48,506 nucleotides of DNA, taken from Candidatus Aenigmatarchaeota archaeon. Its GTDB lineage: Archaea; Aenigmatarchaeota; Aenigmatarchaeia; CG10238-14; SCSR01. The notes beneath the pieces are model-generated. The model saw only the letters and a list, made by a program, of their open reading frames with translations, was not told the DNA's origin and did not search any database. The position numbers and the translations under genes were made by a program. The stretch lies in NCBI GenBank assembly GCA_016187405.1, contig JACPJS010000010.1:1-48506 (forward strand). The letters are read 5' to 3'. This document shows, piece by piece, positions 1-9,447 of this stretch (within the stretch, counting starts at the first letter, position 1; every line of letters begins with the position of its first letter).

Positions 1-2
1 CA

Positions 3-1292
3 AGGACATACAGTTTCTATGACACGTTGAACAGATTCCTGATATATTCGGGATACAATGTGACATACCTGCAGAACGTGACTGATGTTGGGCACTTGTT
101 TGATACTGGTGAAGACAAGATTCTCAAGAAGGCGAAAGAGGAGCACAAAAGTCCTATAGAAATCGCTACGCATTATCTGGATCATTGGTTGGCAATGATG
201 GACAGATTAAGAATACGAAGACCTGATTTGATGCCGCGCGCGACCGACCACGTAAATGAAATAATAGACCAAGTACAGAAGATAATCAAGAATGGATATG
301 CATATGTCTCGCATGGAAGTGTCTATTTCGACTTGAACAAGTTCAAGGATTATGGAAAGTTGTCCAAGAGTATACCTAAGGAATTGGTGGAGGGAATTCG
401 TATTGCTGTAAATCCTGAAAAGAAGGATGCAAAAGACTTTGCATTGTGGATCAAGGCTCCTGAATTGCATGCACTGAAATGGGAATCTCCATGGGGAATG
501 GGATATCCGGGATGGCACATAGAGGATACTGCGATTGCTGTGAAATATTTCGGCCCTCAGTATGACTTGCATGGCGGTGGATTGGAACTGGCATTCCCTC
601 ATCATGAGGCAGAGATTGCACAGGCTGAGACTGCGACTGGAAAGAAACCATTCGTAAAATATTGGGTTCATACGGGGACTCTTACAATCAATAAACAGAA
701 AATGGCCAAGTCCATTGGCAATGTTGTCGCCATATCAGATGTTCTTGATAAATGGTCTCCTGAAACATTGAGATTATGGATAGCATCAACGCACTATAGG
801 AAACCATTGGACTATAATGAAAATGACCTTAGTGTAGCCAGCAAGAAAGTCGAAAGGATACGTGCGACATTGGAGAAGATAAGAGAAGCTAAACCTGGAA
901 AGAAATCTTTGTTATCAAATAAAATCTTGAAACTGAAAAAGGATTTCTTGAAAGCAATGGAAGACGACATGAACACACCATTAGCACTGACAAAATATTT
1001 CGAAATTATTTCGCTCGTTAACAAGAATATTGATCAGGATAAAATTTCCAAAAGTGATTTGAAACTTGCAGAAAAAACAATCTACGAACTTGGTGAGTTC
1101 TTCCAGATAGTCCCTGAAATTAAAAAGAAGGAAATCGCTAAGGAAGCGATGGATTTGATAAAGAAAAGAAATGCAGCAAGAATTGTTGGTAATTTTGAAG
1201 TCGCAGACCAGTTGAGAAAAGAACTGAAAGATAAATACGGGATTATTATAGAGGATACTCCTGATGGAGTCAAATGGAAATTTACTGATTAA
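3..1292 (+). CDS. cysS: Cysteinyl-tRNA synthetase (5' end outside window)
   Basis: Open frame from the window edge (RTYSFYD.., just after the HIGH motif); NVTDVGH, DFALW, PGWHIE, DLHGGGLELAFPHHE, KMAKS (KMSKS variant), C-terminal ADQLR. Confidence 0.97.
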   Translation, partial: RTYSFYDTLNRFLIYSGYNVTYLQNVTDVGHLFDTGEDKILKKAKEEHKSPIEIATHYLDHWLAMMDRLRIRRPDLMPRATDHVNEIIDQVQKIIKNGYAYVSHGSVYFDLNKFKDYGKLSKSIPKELVEGIRIAVNPEKKDAKDFALWIKAPELHALKWESPWGMGYPGWHIEDTAIAVKYFGPQYDLHGGGLELAFPHHEAEIAQAETATGKKPFVKYWVHTGTLTINKQKMAKSIGNVVAISDVLDKWSPETLRLWIASTHYRKPLDYNENDLSVASKKVERIRATLEKIREAKPGKKSLLSNKILKLKKDFLKAMEDDMNTPLALTKYFEIISLVNKNIDQDKISKSDLKLAEKTIYELGEFFQIVPEIKKKEIAKEAMDLIKKRNAARIVGNFEVADQLRKELKDKYGIIIEDTPDGVKWKFTD

Positions 1293-1360
1293 AGTTCGGT
1301 CAAGAAATATTAACGACCGCAATTTTCAATTTCAAATCTGACTTACGACGGCTAATTTAA

Positions 1361-1371
1361 ACTTTTTAAAT
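1361..1371 (+). promoter_or_regulatory. Candidate TATA box for the rps8-rps5 unit
   Basis: ACTTTTTAAAT ending 30 nt before the rps8 ATG. Confidence 0.5.
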
Positions 1372-1400
1372 GCTACTTCCTTACATAATAGAGTGAAAAC

Positions 1401-1787
1401 ATGTTGCAGGACCCTTTAGCAGATGCCCTGACTGTGATAAAGAACGCAGAGAGGATAGGTAAGATTAGCTGTACTGTGAAGGCCAGCACTTTGTTAGGCA
1501 ACATTCTGAAAGTCGTACAGGAAAACGGATATATAAAATCTTTTGAAAAAATCGAAGACGGTAGGGGTGCCAAGTTCAAGATCGAATTGAAGGGCAAGAT
1601 AGTCAACACGAATGTTATCAAGCCTAGTCTTTCTGTTAAAGTGGAGGAATTCGAAAAGTGGGAAAAGAGATACCTTCCTGGAAGAAACATGGGACTGTTG
1701 ATTATTTCTACGCCAAAGGGTGTCATGCAGCACAACCAGGCCAAAGAACTCCATGTCGGTGGCAAGTTGATTTCTTTTGTATATTGA
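1401..1787 (+). CDS. rps8: 30S ribosomal protein uS8
   Basis: DPLADAL, EDGRG, YLPGRNMGLLIISTPKGVM, GGKLISFVY; spc operon order. Confidence 0.97.
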   Translation: MLQDPLADALTVIKNAERIGKISCTVKASTLLGNILKVVQENGYIKSFEKIEDGRGAKFKIELKGKIVNTNVIKPSLSVKVEEFEKWEKRYLPGRNMGLLIISTPKGVMQHNQAKELHVGGKLISFVY

Positions 1788-1795
1788 GTGATGAT

Positions 1796-2320
1796 ATGTA
1801 TTCGCGCGAGATTTCTATCCCAGAAGGAGTTTCAATTGATGTCGATGGAACAAAGATGAAAGTTTCCGGGACAAAGGGTGAATTGAAGAGAGAGTTCAAG
1901 TTGACATACGGAGCAAAGATAACGAAAGAAGATAGCAAAATCAAAGTCACTTCTGAAATCGACAGGAGAAAGGCAAAGGCATTGGTAGGAACAGTAATTG
2001 CGCACACAAGAAACATGATAAGAGGAGTGACAAAAGGATACACATACAGATTGAAGATCGTATACAGCCACTTTCCAATGACTGCAAAGGTTGAAGGGAA
2101 GAAAGTTATGGTTAGTAATTTTATCGGCGAAAGAACATCAAGAATCGCAAAGATCGTAGGAAATACCCAGGTGAAGATAGAAGGCCAAGATGTAACTGTG
2201 ACTGGGAATGACCCAGAAGAAACTGGACAAACTGCAGGCAACATCGAACTGGCATGCAGAATAGTCGGTTACGACAAGAGAAGATTCGCCGACGGTATAT
2301 TCATAACAGGAAAGGAATGA
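1796..2320 (+). CDS. rpl6: 50S ribosomal protein uL6
   Basis: ATG at 1796 (ORF track start overlaps rps8); IPEGV, VSGTKGELKR, YSHFPM, NFIGE, DKRRFADGIFI. Confidence 0.96.
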   Translation: MYSREISIPEGVSIDVDGTKMKVSGTKGELKREFKLTYGAKITKEDSKIKVTSEIDRRKAKALVGTVIAHTRNMIRGVTKGYTYRLKIVYSHFPMTAKVEGKKVMVSNFIGERTSRIAKIVGNTQVKIEGQDVTVTGNDPEETGQTAGNIELACRIVGYDKRRFADGIFITGKE

Positions 2321-2324
2321 TATT

Positions 2325-2681
2325 ATGGTTAACAAAAAGAAGATACCTGATTTTACAAGATGGACTTCGAAATCAAGAGCTGCACTCAAGCCTGCATGGA
2401 GAAAGCCTAGAGGAATCAACTCCAAGATAAGAAGGGTGTTTGGTGGAAAAATGAAGATGCCTTCTGTGAGTTACGGTGCCAATAGAGACTTGAGATATGT
2501 CCATCCATCGGGAAAGATGGAAGTCCTTGTATACACGATGAAAGACTTGGAAAAAGTAAATCATGACAAGCAAGCTGTAAGAATTGCTGCAGCCGTGGGA
2601 AAGAAAAAGAGAATGGAAATTATCAAGAGATCAGAAGAGATGAAATTAAAAGTTCTGAATCCAATGAGGAAGTCGGTGTAA
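2325..2681 (+). CDS. rpl32e: 50S ribosomal protein eL32
   Basis: WRKPRGINSKIRR, HPSG, VGKKKR; follows uL6. Confidence 0.96.
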   Translation: MVNKKKIPDFTRWTSKSRAALKPAWRKPRGINSKIRRVFGGKMKMPSVSYGANRDLRYVHPSGKMEVLVYTMKDLEKVNHDKQAVRIAAAVGKKKRMEIIKRSEEMKLKVLNPMRKSV

Positions 2682-3104
2682 ATGTCTAGCGTACAAAAAA
2701 GATTGTCAGCAAAAGTTTTGAAAATCGGCGGGTCGAGGGTATGGTTGAATCCTGATAAGATGAAAGATATCGAAAAGGCTATTACAAAGATTGACATCAG
2801 GAAACTTGTGAAGAAGGGTGACATAAAATCACTGCCTGAAAAGGTAAGGATTAAAGTTCCTATGAAAAACAGGAAACGTGGTCATGGAAGCAAGAAAGGT
2901 AGAAAACATTCCATTGTTCCGAGCAAGACAAAATGGATCAATACTGTCATGCCTCAGAGAAGGTTGTTGAGTGAATTGAAGACCGATGGGCTGATTGACG
3001 GTAAAACATACAGAAAGATGTACAAGTTAGTTAAAGGTGGTATGTTCAGGAGCAGGTCGCACTTGAAATTGTACATGCAACAGAGCAGGATATTGAAGGG
3101 ATGA
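2682..3104 (+). CDS. rpl19e: 50S ribosomal protein eL19
   Basis: QKRLSAKVLK, RVWLNP, RGHGSKKG, YRKMYKLVKGGMFRS. Confidence 0.96.
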   Translation: MSSVQKRLSAKVLKIGGSRVWLNPDKMKDIEKAITKIDIRKLVKKGDIKSLPEKVRIKVPMKNRKRGHGSKKGRKHSIVPSKTKWINTVMPQRRLLSELKTDGLIDGKTYRKMYKLVKGGMFRSRSHLKLYMQQSRILKG

Positions 3105-3105
3105 T

Positions 3106-3612
3106 ATGAAACTTTCACCAAAATACAGAATGCCATTCAAAAGAAGATTGGAAGGAAAGACTGATTATGACAAGAGATTGGAATTGTTGAAATCGGGAAT
3201 GCCGCAGATTGTCGTGAGAAAGAGTTTGAAATATATCAAGGCACAGGTGACTGATTTTGATTCCAAAGGCGACAAGACATTATCGTCTGCGAACAGCAAG
3301 GAATTGAAGAAACTCGGATGGAATTTCGCTTATGACAATATACCTGCAGCTTACCTTACAGGATTGTTGCTGGGAAAGAAATCATTGAAGAACAATGTGA
3401 ATGAAGTCGTTCTCAATGCTGGATTGTATCCATCTGTAAAAGGATCCAGGATATACGCGACTGTGAAAGGTGCGTTGGATGCCGGATTGAAAGTTTCTGT
3501 TGATGAAGAAATCCTACCAAGTGAACAAAGAATAAAGGGCGAACACATAACAAAGTTTAAGAACTTGCCAATGGAATTTGAAAAGGTTAAACAAAAAATA
3601 TTGAGTGGTTAA
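3106..3612 (+). CDS. rpl18: 50S ribosomal protein uL18
   Basis: RRLEGKTDYDKRLELLKS, NIPAAYLTGLL, KGALDAGL. Confidence 0.96.
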   Translation: MKLSPKYRMPFKRRLEGKTDYDKRLELLKSGMPQIVVRKSLKYIKAQVTDFDSKGDKTLSSANSKELKKLGWNFAYDNIPAAYLTGLLLGKKSLKNNVNEVVLNAGLYPSVKGSRIYATVKGALDAGLKVSVDEEILPSEQRIKGEHITKFKNLPMEFEKVKQKILSG

Positions 3613-4374
3613 ATGGAAAAGCACAAGGAAGAAAAAGTTCTAGCAACAGAAGTTAAAAACGAATTGGAAGTTCCTAAGGAATTGCCAATAGAGCCAGAAG
3701 AAATCAAAGAACCTATTATCGAAGAGACCAGAAGAGACATTGATTGGACTCCAAAGACAGTTTTAGGGAAACAGGTTTTTGAGGGAAAGATTACAAGCGT
3801 TGAACAGATTTTGACAAGTGGCAAGAAAATTCTCGAGCCAAAGATTGTCGAATATTTGATTCCTGATTTAAAGACAGAATTGATTTTGATCGGTGGAAGA
3901 GGTGGAAAGGGTGGAGGTGCACAGAGGATTCCAATCAGAATAACTGCAAAGATGCACTCATCCGGAAGAAGATTCAGAACATCTTCATTGATTGCAGTCG
4001 GAAATGGAAACGGTCTGATTGGTATCGGCAGGGCGAGCAGTGTGGAGCCTAGGACAGCAATGGAAAAGGCTACCAACAAGGCAAAATTGAACATTATGAT
4101 GATAAACCGTGGATGCGGTGATTGGGAGTGCGGTTGTGGAACAAATCATTCTATTCTTTTCAAGACAAAAGGAAAATCCGGAAGCGTACACGTTCAGATA
4201 CTACCGGCACCAAAAGGAGTGGGGCTTGTTGCAGATAATGAAACGAAGAAATTGTTGAGACTCGCCGGAATAAAGGACGCTTGGTCTAGAACATCTGGTA
4301 ACACAGGAAACAGGATCAACTTGATATCAGCAGTTGCAGATGCGTTGAAGAAATTGTACATTTACGAGAAATAA
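3613..4374 (+). CDS. rps5: 30S ribosomal protein uS5
   Basis: WTPKTVLG, RGCGDWECGCG, PAPKGVGLV, LAGIKD. Confidence 0.96.
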   Translation: MEKHKEEKVLATEVKNELEVPKELPIEPEEIKEPIIEETRRDIDWTPKTVLGKQVFEGKITSVEQILTSGKKILEPKIVEYLIPDLKTELILIGGRGGKGGGAQRIPIRITAKMHSSGRRFRTSSLIAVGNGNGLIGIGRASSVEPRTAMEKATNKAKLNIMMINRGCGDWECGCGTNHSILFKTKGKSGSVHVQILPAPKGVGLVADNETKKLLRLAGIKDAWSRTSGNTGNRINLISAVADALKKLYIYEK

Positions 4375-4375
4375 T

Positions 4376-4801
4376 TTAGATTGATTGTTGTGCTCTCATA
4401 ATACTTTCTAGAAATGCGATTTCAAAGTCCGATTGTTGTTGATAATCAGCTGTCCTTTGACGAACATGTGCTATTTCAGCTGTTATTTCAGCTTGTAAAT
4501 CATCCGGTTTAGATAAATTTCCTTTATAATAAAGTCTATATCCACGTGGTGTTCTTACTGGAACTTGATCCATAGATTGTGCAAGTTCTATAGCTCTTCT
4601 AGCATCTTCTTCAGTAGCTCCCTTTCCCAGTTCTCTATAATGTTCTTCATATTCTCGAGGTGAAACAACTACACCGTACGTACTGTAAGTTAAAGTTGTT
4701 GCAAAGTATCCTCTATAAATAAAACCCTGAGCTCGTCCTTCGCTATACAAAACTACGTCTCCTTCTTTTAATTCCTCTCTCTCCTGAATTTGTGAAACCA
4801 T
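4376..4801 (-). CDS. Hypothetical protein (orphan, 141 aa)
   Basis: ATG ORF filling the gap; own AAAGCTTAAAT TATA-like box about 22 nt upstream; no recognised motif. Confidence 0.7.
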   Translation of the reverse strand: MVSQIQEREELKEGDVVLYSEGRAQGFIYRGYFATTLTYSTYGVVVSPREYEEHYRELGKGATEEDARRAIELAQSMDQVPVRTPRGYRLYYKGNLSKPDDLQAEITAEIAHVRQRTADYQQQSDFEIAFLESIMRAQQSI

Positions 4802-4864
4802 ATTTAGAAGTTGAATGTTAACGATTTAAGCTTTAACACAAAAGAATTGATCAGAAGGTTTAAT

Positions 4865-5581
4865 TTAATTAGCACAAACTTGCTGCGCGACTTCTAGCAC
4901 TCTTTGTTTGTAAAACGGTTTATCATGTTCGGCGCGTTCCGGTATGTATTTGACTGAGGTAACATCATTTGCTATTCTCTCTGCTTCTTTTGCTGGATTT
5001 TTGCATAAATCAGACGAATAAAGCGCAAAGGCTTCGATCCATGGATAGTAATCTTCGAGAATTTGACTGGCATCATTGCCAGAAGGTCTTTGCTCAGGTT
5101 TTCGATCTCTCTCGACTACATAGAAACCTTCAAATTTGTAGGTTACATAGTCGTCTGATGAGTATTCTGGAATAAAAATTCTCTGTCCATGATAACTAGA
5201 TGAGCGCCTTTCAAGTTCAGCACGTGTCAAGTCTGTTTGGCCATAAATGTGTATCATGTCTGGAGTTGTTCTTGATAAAACTCTGTTTAATTGTCGGTCG
5301 ATTCTTTTCATGTCAATTTGGAGTTGGTCGACTTTTCCTGACAAATCAGATTTGTCTTTCTGAAGAGCTACTTTCTCTGCATTCGATAAGGCTGCCTCTG
5401 TTCTTAGCGTATCTACTGTTGCAGAAAGTGCTTGATTTTCTCTCCTGAAATCGTTTGATGTACGTCTTGCCAAATCTGATTCATTATATGATGCGAGTGT
5501 AGAAACTGCAAGAACACTGGAAGCCACCAAAAGAAGCGGAGTTGTGTACCATCTGTAGAATCTTCTCAGCCTATTTATCAC
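4865..5581 (-). CDS. Hypothetical membrane-anchored coiled-coil protein (orphan)
   Basis: Basic N-terminus, hydrophobic helix (LLLVASSVLAVSTLA), heptad-like segment. Confidence 0.7.
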   Translation of the reverse strand: MINRLRRFYRWYTTPLLLVASSVLAVSTLASYNESDLARRTSNDFRRENQALSATVDTLRTEAALSNAEKVALQKDKSDLSGKVDQLQIDMKRIDRQLNRVLSRTTPDMIHIYGQTDLTRAELERRSSSYHGQRIFIPEYSSDDYVTYKFEGFYVVERDRKPEQRPSGNDASQILEDYYPWIEAFALYSSDLCKNPAKEAERIANDVTSVKYIPERAEHDKPFYKQRVLEVAQQVCAN

Positions 5582-5602
5582 AATTTATTCTATGCATTTA
5601 AA

Positions 5603-5899
5603 TTATTTAACGTTGGGACGATCGCTTATTTTCAGAATAACTTTTCCAACTACTGAATTTTTGTTTATCGATTTTATTTTCTTGCTGAGAATGTTGTCGC
5701 CTTCAACAAAAATTTTATCGTAATATACTTTCGTAACGCGCTTCACCAAGAATTTATTGGAGTTTTTGAAAACGATCACATCGCCTTCATCAGGCATTTT
5801 AAGAACATACGCGAGCTTATTCACAAATACGTAATCTCCAGATTTCAGAAAAGGTTCCATACTTTTGTCTTCGATTCTGAAACGTGATACTGGAAGCAT
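5603..5899 (-). CDS. sodX: NiSOD maturation protease (S26-like peptidase)
   Basis: SMEPFL..GD and LVKRV (Ser/Lys dyad), VEGDN, VVGKV; downstream of sodN. Confidence 0.88.
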   Translation of the reverse strand: MLPVSRFRIEDKSMEPFLKSGDYVFVNKLAYVLKMPDEGDVIVFKNSNKFLVKRVTKVYYDKIFVEGDNILSKKIKSINKNSVVGKVILKISDRPNVK

Positions 5900-5901
5900 A
5901 A

Positions 5902-6120
5902 TTATTGAATTAATTCCAATTGTTTTATTCTAGGGATGTATCTTGCAGGAACGGACATTAAATAAACTTCGAGTCCTTCTATAATATCACGCTCGTAACG
6001 AACTGGGATACCATGTTGACCAATTGTTCTTTTCCATCTATCAAGTTCCTTATAATCTGCTGGTCTAATGGATACATTTGTCCAGTTTCTCTCGAATAAT
6101 TCTTGTAACCAAGGAAACAT
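5902..6120 (-). CDS. Small hypothetical protein between sodN and sodX
   Basis: 72-aa ATG ORF, 4 nt after the sodN stop and 2 nt before the sodX start. Confidence 0.65.
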   Translation of the reverse strand: MFPWLQELFERNWTNVSIRPADYKELDRWKRTIGQHGIPVRYERDIIEGLEVYLMSVPARYIPRIKQLELIQ

Positions 6121-6124
6121 ATCA

Positions 6125-6613
6125 TCATTTCTTCAATATAGGATAAACAGTTTCTTTTGCAGTTGGATAAGGTGCAGAAAATGTGGTTGTATCATAACCT
6201 TTTGTTTTCCAGAATATCTCTGCAATCTTGTTCATAGTTCCTAACAACTCTTCAGCTGCTTCCATGTTTACTTCCTGTTTTACCTTCGATCCCAATTTCA
6301 TAACTTTCCATACCAGTTCGTGGAGTTCTGGATATTTCTGAACATGTTCCGGTTTGAAATAGTCTCCCCATAATATTCTGACTTCGTGTTTGCACAATTC
6401 AGCATGATGCTCCTTCACATCAGTGAGACGATCTATCTTATGTGCATCGTCTTTTGTTTCATTAATCAAGGTGGTCATCCTGATGACAGTGTGAGCAGCC
6501 ATTTGTGCAAGATGTGGATCGTATATCCCACATGGTATGTCACAATGAGCGTATGCTACCTTTGCTGGGAATATCTTGTCTATTAGTTTGAAAGTAGAAT
6601 GTAACAGTGACAT
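6125..6613 (-). CDS. sodN: Nickel superoxide dismutase precursor
   Basis: Ni-hook HCDIPCGIYDP after a 23-aa leader; KEHHAELCKHEVRILWGDYFK; IAEIFW. Confidence 0.96.
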   Translation of the reverse strand: MSLLHSTFKLIDKIFPAKVAYAHCDIPCGIYDPHLAQMAAHTVIRMTTLINETKDDAHKIDRLTDVKEHHAELCKHEVRILWGDYFKPEHVQKYPELHELVWKVMKLGSKVKQEVNMEAAEELLGTMNKIAEIFWKTKGYDTTTFSAPYPTAKETVYPILKK

Positions 6614-6698
6614 ATGTTAGTTTACATGTCCCAGATATTTAAAACTTTGAAATGAACAGATGGTTGTCTTTATTAAGACAGTGTTTGAAAAAGTAAGT

Positions 6699-7007
6699 AT
6701 GATTGACCCTATTGTTATAGAAATTCTAACTAAAGGATTAACAGCTTCTTTAGGTATAATTCTAGGTGCGTATTTCTTCAAATCAATAAAGCATGGTATT
6801 GTAATTCCTATTGTTTCTTATAAAATAGTTACAAAAAGAGACGCTTTCATATTTTTTATAATTTCAGTATTTATTGTTGGATATTTTTCAAGTTGGATAG
6901 AACCTCAAATCAAAAATCTAATGATACAGAATGGGACGAATCTATTTCTTGGTTTTGGTTTACCTTTAATTGCTTTATGGTTTATTTTTAATAAATTATT
7001 TTATTAA
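6699..7007 (+). CDS. Small AT-rich membrane protein (about 3 TM)
   Basis: Three hydrophobic segments; start may be 6660 or 6699. Confidence 0.6.
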   Translation: MIDPIVIEILTKGLTASLGIILGAYFFKSIKHGIVIPIVSYKIVTKRDAFIFFIISVFIVGYFSSWIEPQIKNLMIQNGTNLFLGFGLPLIALWFIFNKLFY

Positions 7008-7064
7008 TGATTTTATATGTATTCCCAAAATCAATAAAATGCGACAGCTAACCCGTCAATAACA

Positions 7065-7078
7065 TTTGCGACAGAACC
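7065..7078 (-). mobile_element. Lone IS6-like terminal repeat
   Basis: Minus strand reads GGTTCTGTCGCAAA, close to IS6-family ends (GGTTCTGTTGCAAA); lies at the island edge. Confidence 0.35.
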
Positions 7079-7127
7079 AGTTTGACTATCTTTAAAAACA
7101 TTAATTATCATAATCCAAAAGAGGAAT

Positions 7128-7589
7128 ATGTTAGCGGTAGTTAGGATAAAGGGAATTGTAGGCATGTCCCACCATGTAAAGGACACATTGAAGATGCTGA
7201 GACTGGATACGACCAACAGTTGCTCGATTATACCTGAAACTAAAATTTACAGGGGAATGATTCAAGTTATCAAGGACCATGTCACATTTGGTGAGGTCGA
7301 CAAGGAAACTGTGACAAAACTCTTGGAGAAGAGACTAAGAATGACTAGCAACAACAAAAGAGTCGATGAGAAATCTTTGAAATCATTGACAGGATTCAAT
7401 TCTTATAGCGAACTTGCAGATATGCTGCTTCAGGGAACTGTCAAGTTGAACAGTTTCAAGGGAATACAACCTAATTTCAGACTGACACCTCCTTCCAAAG
7501 GCTTCAAGTCAGTAAATGAACACTATCCAAGAGGGGACATAGGAAACAGGGGCAAAGAAATTAAAACACTTATCGAGAGTATGATTTAA
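7128..7589 (+). CDS. rpl30: 50S ribosomal protein uL30
   Basis: AVVRIKG, DTLKMLRL, VTFGE, FRLTPPSKGF, GNRGKEI. Confidence 0.95.
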   Translation: MLAVVRIKGIVGMSHHVKDTLKMLRLDTTNSCSIIPETKIYRGMIQVIKDHVTFGEVDKETVTKLLEKRLRMTSNNKRVDEKSLKSLTGFNSYSELADMLLQGTVKLNSFKGIQPNFRLTPPSKGFKSVNEHYPRGDIGNRGKEIKTLIESMI

Positions 7590-8026
7590 TGGTCGTCAGA
7601 AAAAGAAAGAAGCATGAAGGTTTTAGAGGAGTAAGAACTTACCACGGTTCTCACAAGCTGCATAAGGGAGCTGGAGGAAGAGGTGGAAGAGGTAATGCAG
7701 GATTGAGAAGGCACAAGAAAGGATGGATGTTGAAGAATGATCCTATGCATTTCGGTAAGCACGGATTCACTAGGTTGCCGACTCTTGTTAGAAATCTGAA
7801 AACGATAAACTTGCGCGAATTGGATTTGCTTGTCAACAAACTTGTTGAAAAGAAATTGGTCGAGAATGAGAATGGCAAGATCAAAGTCAATCTCAAGAAA
7901 ATTGGATATGACAAATTGTTGGGAACCGGAAAGATAACGAAACCCTTGATTGTCGAGGCTAAATATTTTTCAAAGATTGCTGTTCAGAAACTGGAAAAAA
8001 TCGGTGGAAAAACGGTTAACATATGA
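7589..8026 (+). CDS. rpl15: 50S ribosomal protein uL15
   Basis: GAGGRGGRGNAG, FGKHGF, KLLGTG, FSKIAVQKLEKIGG. Confidence 0.96.
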   Translation: MVVRKRKKHEGFRGVRTYHGSHKLHKGAGGRGGRGNAGLRRHKKGWMLKNDPMHFGKHGFTRLPTLVRNLKTINLRELDLLVNKLVEKKLVENENGKIKVNLKKIGYDKLLGTGKITKPLIVEAKYFSKIAVQKLEKIGGKTVNI

Positions 8027-9447
8027 CTGATGAGAAAGAAGAGAAGAAAGATATTGCTGCAAAGATAGTAAGACTTTTACCTGCCATTGCGAAACCAGAT
8101 TACAAAGAAAGCCTCAATTCAAAATTAAAATGGACGGGAATCGCACTCGGACTATATCTTCTGTTATCATACATAACTGTTTTTGGTGTAAACAAAGCAA
8201 CATCATTTGAACAATTCCAATTCTTTGAAATTGTCCTTGGTTCGAAATTCGGAAGTATAATGACACTTGGTATCGGACCGATAGTTACTGGTGGTATCAT
8301 CATGCAGCTATTGGTCGGTTCAAAGATAATCAACTGGGACACTACAAAACCCGAGGGAAGAAAGAAATTCCAGACTTGGAACAAGCTGATGGCAATAGTA
8401 TTGGCATTTGTTGAAGCTGCGGCATTCGTATTGGCAGGTGCATTACCAGTAATCCCGTCGTTGCCAATAATTCTTTTTGTAATTCTTCAGTTAGCAGCAG
8501 GTGGAATAATTGTTATAATTCTTGACGAACTCATTACAAAATGGGGATTCGGTTCTGGTGTCAGCCTATTCATTGCAACAGGAGTGGCAACACAATTCAT
8601 CATTGGCTTGATTAGTCCTTTTTCAGTCACCGGTAGAATTGCAGGTGCTATCCCAGGATTTCTTGTCAGCATGGGTATGAATCAACCCGCCCTAGCATTT
8701 GCTTACATACTCCCAGTAATAACAACATTCCTTGTATTCTTGGTTGTAATCTACGTCCAGCACATCAAAGTTCAAATACCATTATCATTCGCTAAGATGC
8801 GCGGATTCGGCAGGACATGGGAACTGAAACTATTGTACACGAGTAACATTCCTGTTATTCTTGTCGCAGCATTGATTGCCAACATGCAACTGGTTGCACA
8901 CATAGGAATACAGCCAACATCAACTGGCTTGAACTGTAGCTTGATCGGGTGTTTTGATCAGGCCGGAACTTTGGTTAGCGGATTTGTTTATTATTTATCA
9001 ACACCTGGCGGGGGACAAGTGAACAACAGTTTCTTATACCAGGTAATTAGTGGAACGTTGCTACCCGGCGAAGTCATCAGAGCTATCACATATACATTAT
9101 TCCTAGTTATTGGAGCGGTAATATTCTCGGTTTTCTGGGTCGGCACTGCAGGTATGGGTGCCAGTACAGTTGCTGGACAGTTGGATAGTGCGGGGATGCA
9201 AATACCTGGATACAGAAGAGATCCTAAGGTGATGGAATCCGTATTGGACAGATATATCCCGCATCTTGCTGTATTGGGTGGAGTAACAATAGGTTTGCTC
9301 GCGGCATTCGCAGATTTGATTGGCGCAATAGGAACCGGAACAGGTATCTTGCTGACGGTAATGATAGTTTACAATTATTACGAGCAATTGCAGCACGAGA
9401 AATTGGACGAGGCTCATCCATTGATAAGAAAAATCGTAGGTGAGTAG
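8023..9447 (+). CDS. secY: Preprotein translocase SecY/Sec61alpha
   Basis: LGIGPIVT, GSGVSLFIA, LLYTSNIPVIL, IPGYRRD, GTGILLTV. Confidence 0.98.
   Translation: MTDEKEEKKDIAAKIVRLLPAIAKPDYKESLNSKLKWTGIALGLYLLLSYITVFGVNKATSFEQFQFFEIVLGSKFGSIMTLGIGPIVTGGIIMQLLVGSKIINWDTTKPEGRKKFQTWNKLMAIVLAFVEAAAFVLAGALPVIPSLPIILFVILQLAAGGIIVIILDELITKWGFGSGVSLFIATGVATQFIIGLISPFSVTGRIAGAIPGFLVSMGMNQPALAFAYILPVITTFLVFLVVIYVQHIKVQIPLSFAKMRGFGRTWELKLLYTSNIPVILVAALIANMQLVAHIGIQPTSTGLNCSLIGCFDQAGTLVSGFVYYLSTPGGGQVNNSFLYQVISGTLLPGEVIRAITYTLFLVIGAVIFSVFWVGTAGMGASTVAGQLDSAGMQIPGYRRDPKVMESVLDRYIPHLAVLGGVTIGLLAAFADLIGAIGTGTGILLTVMIVYNYYEQLQHEKLDEAHPLIRKIVGE

Noticed and set aside
1297..1352. CGGTC/GACCG hairpin after cysS and short matches to the tRNA-Ser variable arm
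   Set aside because: Matches are only 8-9 nt with no box structure; likely a terminator region or chance.
1658..1795. N-terminal extension of uL6 in the ORF track
   Set aside because: Overlaps rps8; homology starts at ATG 1796.
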